From Bdellovibrionota bacterium (lineage in GTDB: Bacteria; Bdellovibrionota_C; UBA2361; OMII01), in assembly GCA_044345405.1 (NCBI GenBank), contig JBIJBE010000015.1, positions 1 through 64,000 of the forward strand: DNA of 64,000 nt. The letters run 5' to 3'. The notes beneath the pieces were generated by a model. It saw only the letters and a list, made by a program, of their open reading frames with translations, was not told the origin of the DNA and ran no database searches. Shown piece by piece: positions 29,599-39,396 of the stretch. The position numbers and the translations under genes are program-made. Positions within the stretch are counted from its first letter, which is position 1. Each line of letters begins with the position of its first letter.

Positions 29599-30201
29599 TC
29601 ACCGCGACGCCCGCTCGCGCAAAACCTCACACACCGCACCAAGCGACACCCCTTGCGCCTCCCACAACGCCATAAGGTGAAAGAGGAGGTCCGCTGACTC
29701 GTTAAGCAGTCGGTCTTTGTCACCGTTCTTAGCCTCAATCACGACCTCGATCGCCTCCTCTCCTACCTTCTGCGCGAGTCTATCGATCCCAGCTGTAAAG
29801 AGTGATGCCGTATACGAGTCATCGGACAACGAATCTCGGCGTTGCTGAATCACACCTTGTAATTCGTTGAGGATGGACCACGTGGTGGGGGTCGCATCGC
29901 GAAAACAGCTCGGAGTGCCTTCGTGACAGGTTGGGCCGCTCGGATTCGCTCGAACAAGGATGGCATCCTCGTCGCAATCCACTGAGATATCCGTCAGCGT
30001 AAGAAAATTGCCCGAGGTCTCCCCTTTCATCCATAAAGTCTGCCGGGAACGGCTGAAGAAGGTGACCCGTTTCGTCTCAAGCGTTTTCTCGAATGACTCC
30101 TCGTTCATATAACCGAGCATCAACACCTCGCCGCTTGTGGCGTCTTGAACGACAGCGGGCAACAAGCCATCACATCTTGAAAAATCAGGTTTCCGTTTCA
30201 T
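29599..30201 (-). CDS. hisIE: Bifunctional phosphoribosyl-AMP cyclohydrolase / phosphoribosyl-ATP pyrophosphatase
   Basis: GLLPAVVQD, FFSRSR..LWMKGETSGN, DCDED, GPTCH; SYTASL, QKVGEEA, ESADLLFH. Confidence 0.97.
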   Translation of the reverse strand: MKRKPDFSRCDGLLPAVVQDATSGEVLMLGYMNEESFEKTLETKRVTFFSRSRQTLWMKGETSGNFLTLTDISVDCDEDAILVRANPSGPTCHEGTPSCFRDATPTTWSILNELQGVIQQRRDSLSDDSYTASLFTAGIDRLAQKVGEEAIEVVIEAKNGDKDRLLNESADLLFHLMALWEAQGVSLGAVCEVLRERASR

Positions 30202-30953
30202 CGTCGTACCTCTATACCTTGATTGCCTAGAAATTCTTTAACTGATCCGATCGAGATGATCCCTTCGTGAAATACTCCCGCCGCTAGTGCTGCGTCAGCG
30301 CCCCCTTCACGAAAGACCTCAACGAAATGCTCAACCCTTCCCGCGCCACCCGAAGCGATGACGGGAACCGTCACTACCTCAGCGACTCGCACGGTGATGT
30401 CGAGCGCGAATCCATCACGAACTCCGTCATTATCCATCGACGTTACGAGTATCTCTCCCGCGCCACGCTCAGTTACCTCCCGCGCCCAGTCGACCGTAGG
30501 TTTGCCCGTAGGTGTCATCCCTCCCTGAATGAACACCTCATCTCCACGCTCACCGCGCTTGGTGTCTATCGCGACCACAACGCATTGACACCCGAACCGT
30601 CGCGCCACCTGGTCGATAAGCTCAGGGGTGCGCCACGCTGAAGAGTTAAGGGAGATCTTATCGGCTCCTGAATCAAGAAGACGGCATACCTGGTCAACCG
30701 TCGATATTCCTCCACCAACGGTAAAGGGTATCGAGAGAGCGCGGGCTACCCGTTCGACGAGCTCAAAGGTGGTTGATCGCTCCTCGTTCGTCGCCGAGAT
30801 ATCGAGAAAAACCAATTCATCGGCGCCACCATCGCTGTACCGTTTCGCCAACTCAACCGGGTCACCCATGTCCCGAAGGTTTACGAACTTGGTGCCCTTA
30901 ACGGTTCGGCCCCCTTTGATATCGAGGCACGGTATTATTCGTTTCGCTACCAT
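30198..30953 (-). CDS. hisF: Imidazole glycerol phosphate synthase cyclase subunit
   Basis: KRIIPCLD, GADELVFLDISA, PFTVGGGI, PVIASGGAG. Confidence 0.98.
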   Translation of the reverse strand: MVAKRIIPCLDIKGGRTVKGTKFVNLRDMGDPVELAKRYSDGGADELVFLDISATNEERSTTFELVERVARALSIPFTVGGGISTVDQVCRLLDSGADKISLNSSAWRTPELIDQVARRFGCQCVVVAIDTKRGERGDEVFIQGGMTPTGKPTVDWAREVTERGAGEILVTSMDNDGVRDGFALDITVRVAEVVTVPVIASGGAGRVEHFVEVFREGGADAALAAGVFHEGIISIGSVKEFLGNQGIEVRR

Positions 30954-31675
30954 ACGAACTCTCGCACCTCCCCGGGTTGAAGCGTTCCGGCGTAGAGCGC
31001 TTTACCTACGATAATCTCCTGAACACCAGCGTCAGCGAGTGAACGTACATCCGCCGCGTTCGTTACTCCACCGCTTGCGATAATGCGAAGCTCTGGGTAC
31101 TCACGCCGCAGCACACGATACATCTCAACAGACACCCCTTCGAGCGTCCCGTCCCGAGAGATATCGGTCGACATAAGCCACCGAAGCCCGGAGTCAACAA
31201 AGCGCTCGAGCACCTGAGCAACCGTACGGGAACTCCCCTCCTGCCACCCCTTAATCCGCACCTCTCCGTTCAACACATCTAATCCAACAATAACGGCATC
31301 GGAGCCAAACTGTTCTATCCATTCACGCACCAGATCGGGTCGCTCGACAGCAGCGGAGCCGATCACAACCTGTCGGGCCCCACTCTCAAGCGCCTGCACA
31401 AGGTCCCGTGTGGTGCGAATACCTCCACTGACATCCACGCTTAGTCCCGTTTCGGCGGCGATCCTTTGAACAAGGGCAAGGTGTCGTGGGGAGCCGCTCC
31501 TCGCTCCATCAAGATCCACAACATGAAGTCGCGTAAACCCAGATGCGGCGAAACTACGAGCGACCTCGACCGGGTCCTCGCCTACGACCTCCTTCTCATC
31601 AAAGTTACCTTTACGTAGCCGCACACATCGTCCATCGATCAGATCGATAGCGGGAACGATTCGACACTCACTCAT
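30947..31675 (-). CDS. hisA: ProFAR isomerase
   Basis: IVPAIDLIDGRCVRL, LHVVDLDGA, TDISRDGTL, IASGGV; ATG overlaps the hisH stop (ATGA). Confidence 0.97.
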   Translation of the reverse strand: MSECRIVPAIDLIDGRCVRLRKGNFDEKEVVGEDPVEVARSFAASGFTRLHVVDLDGARSGSPRHLALVQRIAAETGLSVDVSGGIRTTRDLVQALESGARQVVIGSAAVERPDLVREWIEQFGSDAVIVGLDVLNGEVRIKGWQEGSSRTVAQVLERFVDSGLRWLMSTDISRDGTLEGVSVEMYRVLRREYPELRIIASGGVTNAADVRSLADAGVQEIIVGKALYAGTLQPGEVREFVW

Positions 31676-32259
31676 ACCTTCCACTCCACAAAATTACGTA
31701 ACAATTGCTCTCCGACTTCGGCGCTCTTCTCCGGGTGGAATTGTACGCCAACGAAGTTTCGTATCGCGGCGGCTGCCGAGAAGGCTTCGCCGTAGACACA
31801 TCTCGCCACCGTCTCAGCACACTCCTCAAGGCGATAACTGTGTACGAAATAGAAGTAACTCCCATCTGGAATTCCCTCAAAGATCGGGTGACTGAGGTTC
31901 CTCACCTGACTCCATCCCATGTGGGGAACCTTTCTCCGAGTGACGAACTTCCCCACCTTGCCCGTGAGAGTACCTAAGCATGAGGTACTCCCCTCCTCCG
32001 ACTCTGAACACAAGAGCTGTAACCCGAGGCAAATGCCAAGCAACGGTACTTTCGTCTCGCGCAGGACCCGATCGATCCCGGTAGTCCGAAGGTACTCCAT
32101 AGCGGTGCTCGCCTCGCCTACGCCAGGAAAGATGATGCGCTCCGCGGCGCGAAGCTCCTCACAATCCCCTGAGACCACGTACGATGCGCCGATGCGCTCA
32201 AGCGCGTTCGTCACGGACCGAACGTTCCCAGCGTTGTAGCGAACGACTGTTACCGTCAT
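31672..32259 (-). CDS. hisH: Imidazole glycerol phosphate synthase glutaminase subunit
   Basis: YNAGNVRSV, FPGVG, GICLGLQ, VPHMGW, YFVHSY, QFHPEKS. Confidence 0.98.
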   Translation of the reverse strand: MTVTVVRYNAGNVRSVTNALERIGASYVVSGDCEELRAAERIIFPGVGEASTAMEYLRTTGIDRVLRETKVPLLGICLGLQLLCSESEEGSTSCLGTLTGKVGKFVTRRKVPHMGWSQVRNLSHPIFEGIPDGSYFYFVHSYRLEECAETVARCVYGEAFSAAAAIRNFVGVQFHPEKSAEVGEQLLRNFVEWKV

Positions 32260-33353
32260 AGAACCCCCTTCGTGCTCGGAACACCCTTCTCTTCCCGCTG
32301 TCGCGCTACCGCGCTGCGAAGCGCCCGTCCGACACCTTTGAAGATGGCTTCAGCTTTGTGGTGCTCGTTCTCACCCCGCACCGAGATGTGCAACGCGCAC
32401 CGCAAACTATCGGAGAACGAGCGAAAGAAGTGTTTGAACATCTCCGTCGGCATCGCTCCGATCATCTCTCGCGTAAAGGTGGCGTCCCATTCAAGATGCG
32501 GTCGCGCCGCGAGATCGAACGCAACCTGAGCGAGCGACTCATCCATCGGGAGAACAAACCCGAACCGGGCGATTCCTGAACGGTCCCGCAACGCCTGACG
32601 GACGACCTCTCCGAGCACGATACCTACATCCTCAATCAGGTGGTGTTCATCAACGTGGAGATCTCCGACCGCCTCGATGGTCAGATCGAACCCGGCGTGC
32701 GCTCCGAGAAGGGTCAACATGTGGTCAAAAAAACCGATCCCTGTTGAGATAGCGCATCGTCCACTCCCATAGAGCGCAAGCTTGCACGTTATAGAGGTCT
32801 CCGTAGTCGTTCGAGCGTATTCCGCGTACCGGGTTTGCGCGAAGATATAGCTCTCGATCTCTCGCCACGAGGACGTCGTGAGAACCGCTTCAGGGCACTC
32901 ACGTTCAGAGAGTAGAATCGCCTTACACCCCAGGTTGGCCGCAAGCTGGACATCGGTAAGGCGATCTCCGATTACAAACGACCGCTCAAGGTCGTACTCG
33001 CCCCTCATGTATCGAGTCAACATCCCCGTTCCAGGCTTGCGAGTCGGAAGGTTCTCCTCAGGTAGGGAGCGGTCGATGCAGATATCTGAGAAGAATACCC
33101 CCTCGTTGCGAAGGGTCGTTGTCACGAGGTTCTGCGCCGGCCAAAAATCTGATTCGGGAAATAGAGGAGTTCCGAGACCGTCCTGATTCGTCACCATCAC
33201 CAGCTCAAAGTCTTTGAGGTTTGCGATTGAGGCGAGCGCCGTTATCGCGCCCGGAATGAACTCAACCTTATCAAGGGAGTCGACCTGCTGTGTGACCGGC
33301 GGCTCGACGATGATCGTTCCATCTCTATCGATAAAAAGAGCCCTTTTTTTCAT
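32256..33353 (-). CDS. hisB: Bifunctional histidinol-phosphatase / imidazoleglycerol-phosphate dehydratase (HisNB)
   Basis: FIDRDGT HAD domain, TNQDGLGT, RKPGTG; TGIGFFDHML, DEHHLIED, PMDE, NEHHKAE. Confidence 0.97.
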   Translation of the reverse strand: MKKRALFIDRDGTIIVEPPVTQQVDSLDKVEFIPGAITALASIANLKDFELVMVTNQDGLGTPLFPESDFWPAQNLVTTTLRNEGVFFSDICIDRSLPEENLPTRKPGTGMLTRYMRGEYDLERSFVIGDRLTDVQLAANLGCKAILLSERECPEAVLTTSSWREIESYIFAQTRYAEYARTTTETSITCKLALYGSGRCAISTGIGFFDHMLTLLGAHAGFDLTIEAVGDLHVDEHHLIEDVGIVLGEVVRQALRDRSGIARFGFVLPMDESLAQVAFDLAARPHLEWDATFTREMIGAMPTEMFKHFFRSFSDSLRCALHISVRGENEHHKAEAIFKGVGRALRSAVARQREEKGVPSTKGVL

Positions 33354-34375
33354 AGTATCTCCCGCAAAGCATCGCGGAGCGCCACGTTTTCATCGCTCGT
33401 TCCTACGGTAATTCTCAGACACCCCTCACATCCCCGTTCTTTTGAGCGATCCCGCACGATAATTCCTCGCGATTGCAAACGCTCAAAGACCGCGCGTGGC
33501 TCGAACATTCGGACCAAGAGAAAGTTCCCTCCTGATGGAAATACGCGCGTTATTCCCGGAAGCGATTGAAGTTCACGCACGAGGCGCTCACGCTCTGTGC
33601 GAAGCTCCTGAACATCTCCTTTCATGCGCTCCGGCTCTCTCAACCTCTCCAACGCGTACCGTTGGGTTAGCTCACTGACGTTGTATGGGAGCTTGAGTTT
33701 ATTCATCGCGGCGATGAGCGCGGGAGCCGCGAACGACATGCCTAGCCGTATCCCCGCCATGCCCCACGCCTTCGAGAAGGTCTGCAACACCACGAGCCGC
33801 TCATATCGGCCTAGAAGCTCAAGCGCGCTCGGACCATCCGCGAAGTCGATGTAGGCCTCATCAACGACAACTATCCCCTCAAAAGCCTCAAGCACCCATT
33901 GGATATCCCGAAGCTCATACTCCCTGCCGGTGGGATTGTTGGGTGAGCAGAGGAAGAGCAAGCGACTCCCCTGCGTACTCGCCCGCCTGATAGCGTCAAG
34001 GTCGAGCGAGAAATCCTCTCGCAACGGCGCGTCCACGATCGAGACACCGTTGCTCGCGGCGGCGACCTTGTACATACCGTAGGTAGGAGGGGTAATCGTG
34101 ATCCCCCCAGTCTCGCAGTCAATGACACGCACGAGAAGGTCTATCGCTTCATCGCTTCCGTTGCCCAAAAATATCCGTGCGGTATCAACCCCGTTGAGCT
34201 CACCGATAAGAGTCTTCAAGGCTCGTTGGTGAGGATCGGGGTATCGATTAACGGTTGTCGGGTAAGGATTCTCGTTCGCGTCGAGAAATACCGAAGCGGT
34301 CCCGGTGAACTCATCCCGAGCCGTGGAATAGGGGCTCAACGTTTGAATATACGGTTTAATAAAATCACTAACCAT
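33350..34375 (-). CDS. hisC: Histidinol-phosphate aminotransferase
   Basis: YSTARDEF, LDANENP, NRYPDP, GNGSDEAID, CSPNNPTG, DEAYIDF, TFSKAWG. Confidence 0.97.
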   Translation of the reverse strand: MVSDFIKPYIQTLSPYSTARDEFTGTASVFLDANENPYPTTVNRYPDPHQRALKTLIGELNGVDTARIFLGNGSDEAIDLLVRVIDCETGGITITPPTYGMYKVAAASNGVSIVDAPLREDFSLDLDAIRRASTQGSRLLFLCSPNNPTGREYELRDIQWVLEAFEGIVVVDEAYIDFADGPSALELLGRYERLVVLQTFSKAWGMAGIRLGMSFAAPALIAAMNKLKLPYNVSELTQRYALERLREPERMKGDVQELRTERERLVRELQSLPGITRVFPSGGNFLLVRMFEPRAVFERLQSRGIIVRDRSKERGCEGCLRITVGTSDENVALRDALREIL

Positions 34376-35654
34376 TGAGTACCTCCTGTCGAATGAGCAC
34401 CGCCCGAGCGTGCGCATCAAGCCCCTCAGCCTGAGCCATACAAGCGACCGTTTGTGATAATCGGGCGAACCCCTCAGCGTTTACCCTCTGGAAGGTCACT
34501 TTCTTCACAAAGGTGTCGAGCGAAACTCCTGAAAGCGCGCGCGCGGCGCCGTTTGTGGGAAGAACGTGATTCGTGCCGGAGGCGTAATCTCCGAGCGCCT
34601 CGGCGGCGAGATAGCCAAGAAAGACGGAACCGGCGTTTCGAATCGCTGGTATATATCGTTCAGGCTCTCCTACCGAAAGGATAAGGTGCTCGGGGGCGTA
34701 CGCGTTCGAGAACTCAAGCGCCTCATCAATACTACGCACGACGATCCCTAAACTCTCCTGAAGAGCTTGTTCAGCAACCGCTCCTCGAGGAAGCTCCGCG
34801 ACCTGCCGCTCGACCTCAGCGAGTATCCGCTCAAGAAGAGGCGCGTCTGGTGTAACGACGACGACCTGAGAGTCGGGGCCGTGTTCAGCTTGCGCCAAAA
34901 GGTCAGCGGCGACGAACCGGGGATCGGCGTCTCTATCCGCGATGACGAGTACCTCGGAGGGGCCCGCCGGCATATCAATCGCAAACCCTTGAGCGGCAAC
35001 CTGTAGTTTAGCCTCAGTCACGAAGGCATTTCCCGGTCCGCAGATCTTTTGAACCACGGGGATACTCTCGGTGCCGTACGCCAAAGCGCCGATCGCTTGA
35101 GCCCCACCAACAAGGTAGATCTCATCGATATCAAGGAGCTTCGCGGCACACGCGATAACTTCGTTGAGCCGTCCCGCATTTCCACCTGGAGTGCACAGCG
35201 CGATCTCTCGCACCCCAGCGAGCTTCGCCGGTATCGCCAGCATCAGAAGCGTGGAAAAAAGTGGCGCGGTTCCAGCGGGGATATAGATACCTACCCGTTC
35301 AATCGGTAGGGAACGTCTAAAGCAGACCACTCCGGGAACGGTCTCTACCTCAGGTTCGATCGTTCGTTGAGACTCGTGAAAGCGCGAGATGGTGGCGATA
35401 GCCTGGGTTATGGCTTCAACGAGCTTCGGTTGTACCCGACCGGCGAGAATATCTCGTGATTCTATGGACACTCGAAAGGAGGACGGAGCGGCTCCGTCAA
35501 ATCGAAGCGAAAACTCCTTGAGCGCGGCATCTCCCCGCGACCTGACCTCTCCAAGGATCGTCGCCACGACGTTTGGGACATCACTACTTTGTGGAACGGG
35601 CCGTCGAGAGAGCCGAGGCCATTCACTACGAGATGGGTTTATATACGTTTTCAT
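34368..35654 (-). CDS. hisD: Histidinol dehydrogenase
   Basis: GIYIPAGTAPL, GGAQAI, GPGN, DMPAGPSE, QAEH, APEHL, GDYASGTNHVLPT. Confidence 0.98.
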   Translation of the reverse strand: MKTYINPSRSEWPRLSRRPVPQSSDVPNVVATILGEVRSRGDAALKEFSLRFDGAAPSSFRVSIESRDILAGRVQPKLVEAITQAIATISRFHESQRTIEPEVETVPGVVCFRRSLPIERVGIYIPAGTAPLFSTLLMLAIPAKLAGVREIALCTPGGNAGRLNEVIACAAKLLDIDEIYLVGGAQAIGALAYGTESIPVVQKICGPGNAFVTEAKLQVAAQGFAIDMPAGPSEVLVIADRDADPRFVAADLLAQAEHGPDSQVVVVTPDAPLLERILAEVERQVAELPRGAVAEQALQESLGIVVRSIDEALEFSNAYAPEHLILSVGEPERYIPAIRNAGSVFLGYLAAEALGDYASGTNHVLPTNGAARALSGVSLDTFVKKVTFQRVNAEGFARLSQTVACMAQAEGLDAHARAVLIRQEVLNG

Positions 35655-36508
35655 TCGATCACCTTTTCAATCGGGAGGACCAGTATTCCCTCCGCGCCAG
35701 TTTGTTTTAATTTCTCTACAAGCCCCCAAAAGTCATCTTCGCTCACGACGGTATGCAACGAGCTCCACCCCGGTATCATAAGCGGCAGAACGCTCGGACT
35801 CTTCATGCCCGGAAGAAGCTCAACGATTCGGGGAATGGCCTCGGTCGGTGTGTTGAGTGTGATGTACTTTGTGTTGCGAGCGCGAAGGACGGCGTTTATC
35901 CGAAAGAGGAACCTCTTAAGAATATCCTCTTTTTCCGCCGCTAATGAGGGGCTCGCGATGAGAACAGCCTCGGATTGGAGGACCGTTTCAACCTCGACAA
36001 GGCCGTTGCTCAATAGTGTGCTGCCGGAACTCACGAGGTCACACACGGCATCCCCTAACCCGATGGTGGGCGCTATCTCAACCGAACCACTTATCACCTG
36101 TATCTCAGCCGATATGCCTTGAGAGGTAAGATAAGACCCTAAGATGTTCGGATAGGAGGTGGCGATCTTGGCGCCTTGAAGGGATTGTAGTCCGTTGTAA
36201 GGAAACGATTTAGGAACCGCGATTGAGAGGCGGCATCTGCCGAACCCAAGCCCTCGAATAATTCGGACCTCCCCTTCCTGCTCCCTCACAACGTTGAGAC
36301 CAACGATCGCCGCGTCAACGACGCCATCCGCGACGTACTCGGGGATATCGTCATCACGGAGGTAGAGTAGTTCGAGGGGAAAATTGTAGGCGGCGGAGCG
36401 AAGCTGAGCCCCGATCTGCTCAACCTCAATTCCACTCTCGGCGATGAGTTTGCGTGAGCTGTCTGAGAGACGCCCCGACTTTTGGATGGCTAAACGTAAC
36501 GTAGTCAT
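35651..36508 (-). CDS. hisG: ATP phosphoribosyltransferase, long form
   Basis: LAIQKSGRL, RDDDIP, IATSYP, GSVEIAP, DLVSSGSTL, C-terminal regulatory domain. Confidence 0.98.
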   Translation of the reverse strand: MTTLRLAIQKSGRLSDSSRKLIAESGIEVEQIGAQLRSAAYNFPLELLYLRDDDIPEYVADGVVDAAIVGLNVVREQEGEVRIIRGLGFGRCRLSIAVPKSFPYNGLQSLQGAKIATSYPNILGSYLTSQGISAEIQVISGSVEIAPTIGLGDAVCDLVSSGSTLLSNGLVEVETVLQSEAVLIASPSLAAEKEDILKRFLFRINAVLRARNTKYITLNTPTEAIPRIVELLPGMKSPSVLPLMIPGWSSLHTVVSEDDFWGLVEKLKQTGAEGILVLPIEKVIE

Positions 36509-36577
36509 GTGTCCCCTTGTGGAGAAACAGGTGTAAAAAAGACCAGAAATGATGGGGAAAAAGGTATTACAAGCGCA

Positions 36578-36628
36578 CTACGCGCTGTGATGATGGAGAT
36601 GAGAATGTGAGAAGAAAGAGATCCTCAT
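36578..36628 (-). CDS. hisL: his operon leader peptide MRISFFSHSHLHHHSA (16 aa, 5 His)
   Basis: Minus strand ATG AGG ATC TCT TTC TTC TCA CAT TCT CAT CTC CAT CAT CAC AGC GCG TAG ending 69 nt before hisG; too short for the ORF track. Confidence 0.8.
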   Translation of the reverse strand: MRISFFSHSHLHHHSA

Positions 36629-36715
36629 GCCCCAGTGTTCTCATACGCATGAGACTAAAGCAAGTAAAAAGTCGGCGCGCGAGTAACTCTTCTGAATTAC
36701 GGTGGAGTAGCTCGC

Positions 36716-37342
36716 TTAAAGACTTGAATCTCCAAGCACGCTTCGAAGCTCCGCGAGGGTAACAAGGGTAGGTTTCTTGGTAGACCGATTTCGACTAATC
36801 CCCACAGCCGCCGTGCGTTGAGCCGAATCGAGAGAGGCGCGCACGACTCGGAGCAGGACGGCGCGAGAGGTTTTGCGCCAATCCTTAAGCGGCTCAAGCC
36901 CATCATACCGTTGAAGTAGTCTTTCAGTATCAGCCTTGCTCAGCCTTCCCATAAGGTAGTCGGAGATATCCTTCACATCCGTGTACCGGCGACTTTCAAG
37001 GAGGAGTCGTAGCGAGTCCTCCGTCAATTGCAAATCATCAAGAAGAAGACGGAGGTCCTCCCATCCCGCGGCTCGGAAGGTGTTGAAGTATTCGGTCATG
37101 TAAGAGCCCAAGATGTTGAACTTTTGCTTAACCCCCTCAAGCTCTGTGCGAAACTCTGAGAACGTTTGCTCCGCCTCATAGTGCGCCTGGCTCCGACCTC
37201 GCCGACGGATGGCTCCGAACAGCGAATACCCGCGGCCCCTCAAAGCGAGACTAAGAAAAGCCATCAGGAGAAGCACACCCGAAACTCCGAGTGCGACTCC
37301 GACAAGAAGGGTAGTCATGGAATAGTTTCCCATGTTCCTCAC
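36716..37342 (-). CDS. Hypothetical membrane-anchored helical protein (start possibly 37318)
   Basis: N-terminal TM segment followed by a helical cytoplasmic-like region. Confidence 0.7.
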   Translation of the reverse strand: MRNMGNYSMTTLLVGVALGVSGVLLLMAFLSLALRGRGYSLFGAIRRRGRSQAHYEAEQTFSEFRTELEGVKQKFNILGSYMTEYFNTFRAAGWEDLRLLLDDLQLTEDSLRLLLESRRYTDVKDISDYLMGRLSKADTERLLQRYDGLEPLKDWRKTSRAVLLRVVRASLDSAQRTAAVGISRNRSTKKPTLVTLAELRSVLGDSSL

Positions 37343-37368
37343 GTCGGCCGATTGCGAGAAAAACTTAA
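37341..37368 (-). promoter_or_regulatory. sigma28-like promoter
   Basis: TTAAG-N15-GCCGACGT on the minus strand. Confidence 0.55.
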
Positions 37369-37399
37369 GCCCCGGCTAACCCCTCAAAAGAGCTGGGTT

Positions 37400-38209
37400 T
37401 TATTGCTCTGGGGCGAACTCAGATCGCTTAATCTCGAACTGCTTGCCGCACCGAGGACAGGAGATCTGAAGCTCCTGGTCTTCGCCGTACAGATCATCGA
37501 GCGAAGCTTGGGAGAGCGAACGGAAGAAAGGCATCAACTTCTCAGGGGAGCAATCACACAGGAAAGCGAATTCGCAGGTGCGCATCGGGTTTCGGGTAAC
37601 TTCAGGACTCTCCGCCGCATGATTCAGTTCAACCGATTGGATCCATTCCTCGTCGTACTCAGGCAGCGCCACCAGGCCCATGGCGGTGTCACTCGTCGAA
37701 GAAAGCTCGATGCGAAGAGGGTGTTGCTCACTCTGAGCGTAGAACTGCTCAACCATCTTACGAATGTCATCACTGTCGCACGGCACCATACTGGTAAAGG
37801 TCTGCCCACGATTGGTGAATTGGGCGTGGATGGAATGTACATCGGTGCGTCGGATGTGGTCGGTGAGAATGTGTCCTACAATGTATCCCTTCGCGATACC
37901 CGCATCGTCGATCTCACCGGTATTGCCGGTGACAAAAAGGGAATATGGCTCCGCGGCCGCGATGTGCACCGTCCACGCGTGCGTCTCTCTTCCCGTTCTA
38001 GCGGCGAGATGAATGGCGAAGCACGCGATCAAATCCTTGAGCTTTTCATCGTGTTCAGCTTTCGTATCGGGAGCCACATCCTTACGGTGGAGATAGTAAT
38101 CGATGAGGTAGTCCGACATGTCGACTCGAACGAGGAGCCCCTCACGTTTAGGGATATATTCCGAGGTAGCAACGAGTCCTGATGGCATAGATAAAATCGA
38201 TGATTCCAA
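37400..38209 (-). CDS. hslO: Hsp33 family redox-regulated chaperone (divergent)
   Basis: YAQSEQ and C-terminal Zn motif FLCDCS...ISCPRCGKQF. Confidence 0.7.
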   Translation of the reverse strand: MESSILSMPSGLVATSEYIPKREGLLVRVDMSDYLIDYYLHRKDVAPDTKAEHDEKLKDLIACFAIHLAARTGRETHAWTVHIAAAEPYSLFVTGNTGEIDDAGIAKGYIVGHILTDHIRRTDVHSIHAQFTNRGQTFTSMVPCDSDDIRKMVEQFYAQSEQHPLRIELSSTSDTAMGLVALPEYDEEWIQSVELNHAAESPEVTRNPMRTCEFAFLCDCSPEKLMPFFRSLSQASLDDLYGEDQELQISCPRCGKQFEIKRSEFAPEQ

Positions 38210-38367
38210 AGATTAAGGTGCTTAAGCGCCTCAACCCAGTGTACCCGATAAGCCCCCTCCCCTACAAATGGAGGGGCTAACCCCCTGTTGGCGGGGCGAA
38301 ACGGCCAGCGACCGTCCTGTACTACCAACCGCAAGGGATTCGAAAACCAAACTCAGCCTGCCTTCCC

Positions 38368-39396
38368 TTATTTCCCTCCCCCGTGAGGAATACCCGCAAG
38401 CGCGCAGGACTGCTCGTAGAATCCACGGGACACCGTGAGGCGATACGGCGCTACCGTAACGAACGGTATCGGACGAAGGGTTGAGATCCCTTGCGTTACC
38501 AACCCCTGATAGTCGAGCACAACGATCGGTTTCACCCCAGCGAGCTCCGCTATCTTGCGTCGAACCTCTCCCTCAGTGTCCGGGGGAAATGGATTAAAGA
38601 GGAAGATAATGTCCGCATCGGTGAACCCTCCTTTCGAAACATCTCCGGCCGCGAACGTGATATTTCGCAACCCCAACCGGGAGGCCACAGAGCGACACTC
38701 CTCGACCCGCGCGCTCATGATCTCGATACCTGTGAAGAAGAGATCGGGACGCAACGCCGCCCCATAGAAAAGAGAGTGCCCGTACCCTGAACCAAGATCA
38801 TAGAACCTAGCCCCTGGAGCAAAGGTGAGATGTTCGAAAATGGGCCAGATATCTACGATCTCGGAGGGTTGATACATAAAGCCCCCGTTTGCGTATTCGG
38901 TCTTCAACTGCGGTCCAGAAAACCGGTCGACATCCCCTCCAACCCGTTCATCGTGTATGCCGAGTATCGCTGACACGAATTCAGGAGCCACGCGCGCATC
39001 AGGCTCCCCGTGGAGCGCTCGTAAGATATGGATCGGTTCGCGCACCTCAGAGATGCGACTTGGGAGGAGGCGAATATCTTCCGTGAGATCTTCATGAAGC
39101 GCATGAAGCCCGGCTGATGATTCGGTATGTTCGAGGCGGCCCTCAATAATCACGAGAGCTTCCCGTAACAACGAGAGCCTGATCGAGAAATGATGAGCTA
39201 TCTCTAGAGCCCGGGCTGGGGAAACAACGCCAAAGTCTCGTTCGATGGCGATGTCCTCAAGAGCCTGATGAAGACCGCGATTCCGGGCAGCCTCCCTCAA
39301 AATCTCATTTCTCAGACTACCATGAACGCCAGCGGCGTCCCGAGAAGTGGAACCCGATCGAGATTGCGGTCCATGGGAGGGATCGTGGGACATCAT
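38368..39396 (-). CDS. SAM-dependent methyltransferase-like protein with N-terminal extension
   Basis: FYDLGSGYG, FTGIEI, GDV, ADIIFLFNPF. Confidence 0.7.
   Translation of the reverse strand: MMSHDPSHGPQSRSGSTSRDAAGVHGSLRNEILREAARNRGLHQALEDIAIERDFGVVSPARALEIAHHFSIRLSLLREALVIIEGRLEHTESSAGLHALHEDLTEDIRLLPSRISEVREPIHILRALHGEPDARVAPEFVSAILGIHDERVGGDVDRFSGPQLKTEYANGGFMYQPSEIVDIWPIFEHLTFAPGARFYDLGSGYGHSLFYGAALRPDLFFTGIEIMSARVEECRSVASRLGLRNITFAAGDVSKGGFTDADIIFLFNPFPPDTEGEVRRKIAELAGVKPIVVLDYQGLVTQGISTLRPIPFVTVAPYRLTVSRGFYEQSCALAGIPHGGGK

Noticed and set aside
37166-38182. 338-aa plus-strand ORF
   Set aside because: Antisense to the Hsp33-like gene, with no motifs or RBS
38250-38345. GC-rich hairpins upstream of the Hsp33-like gene as a riboswitch or thermometer
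   Set aside because: No known aptamer motif and the stems do not cover the start region; may just be a terminator for the upstream gene
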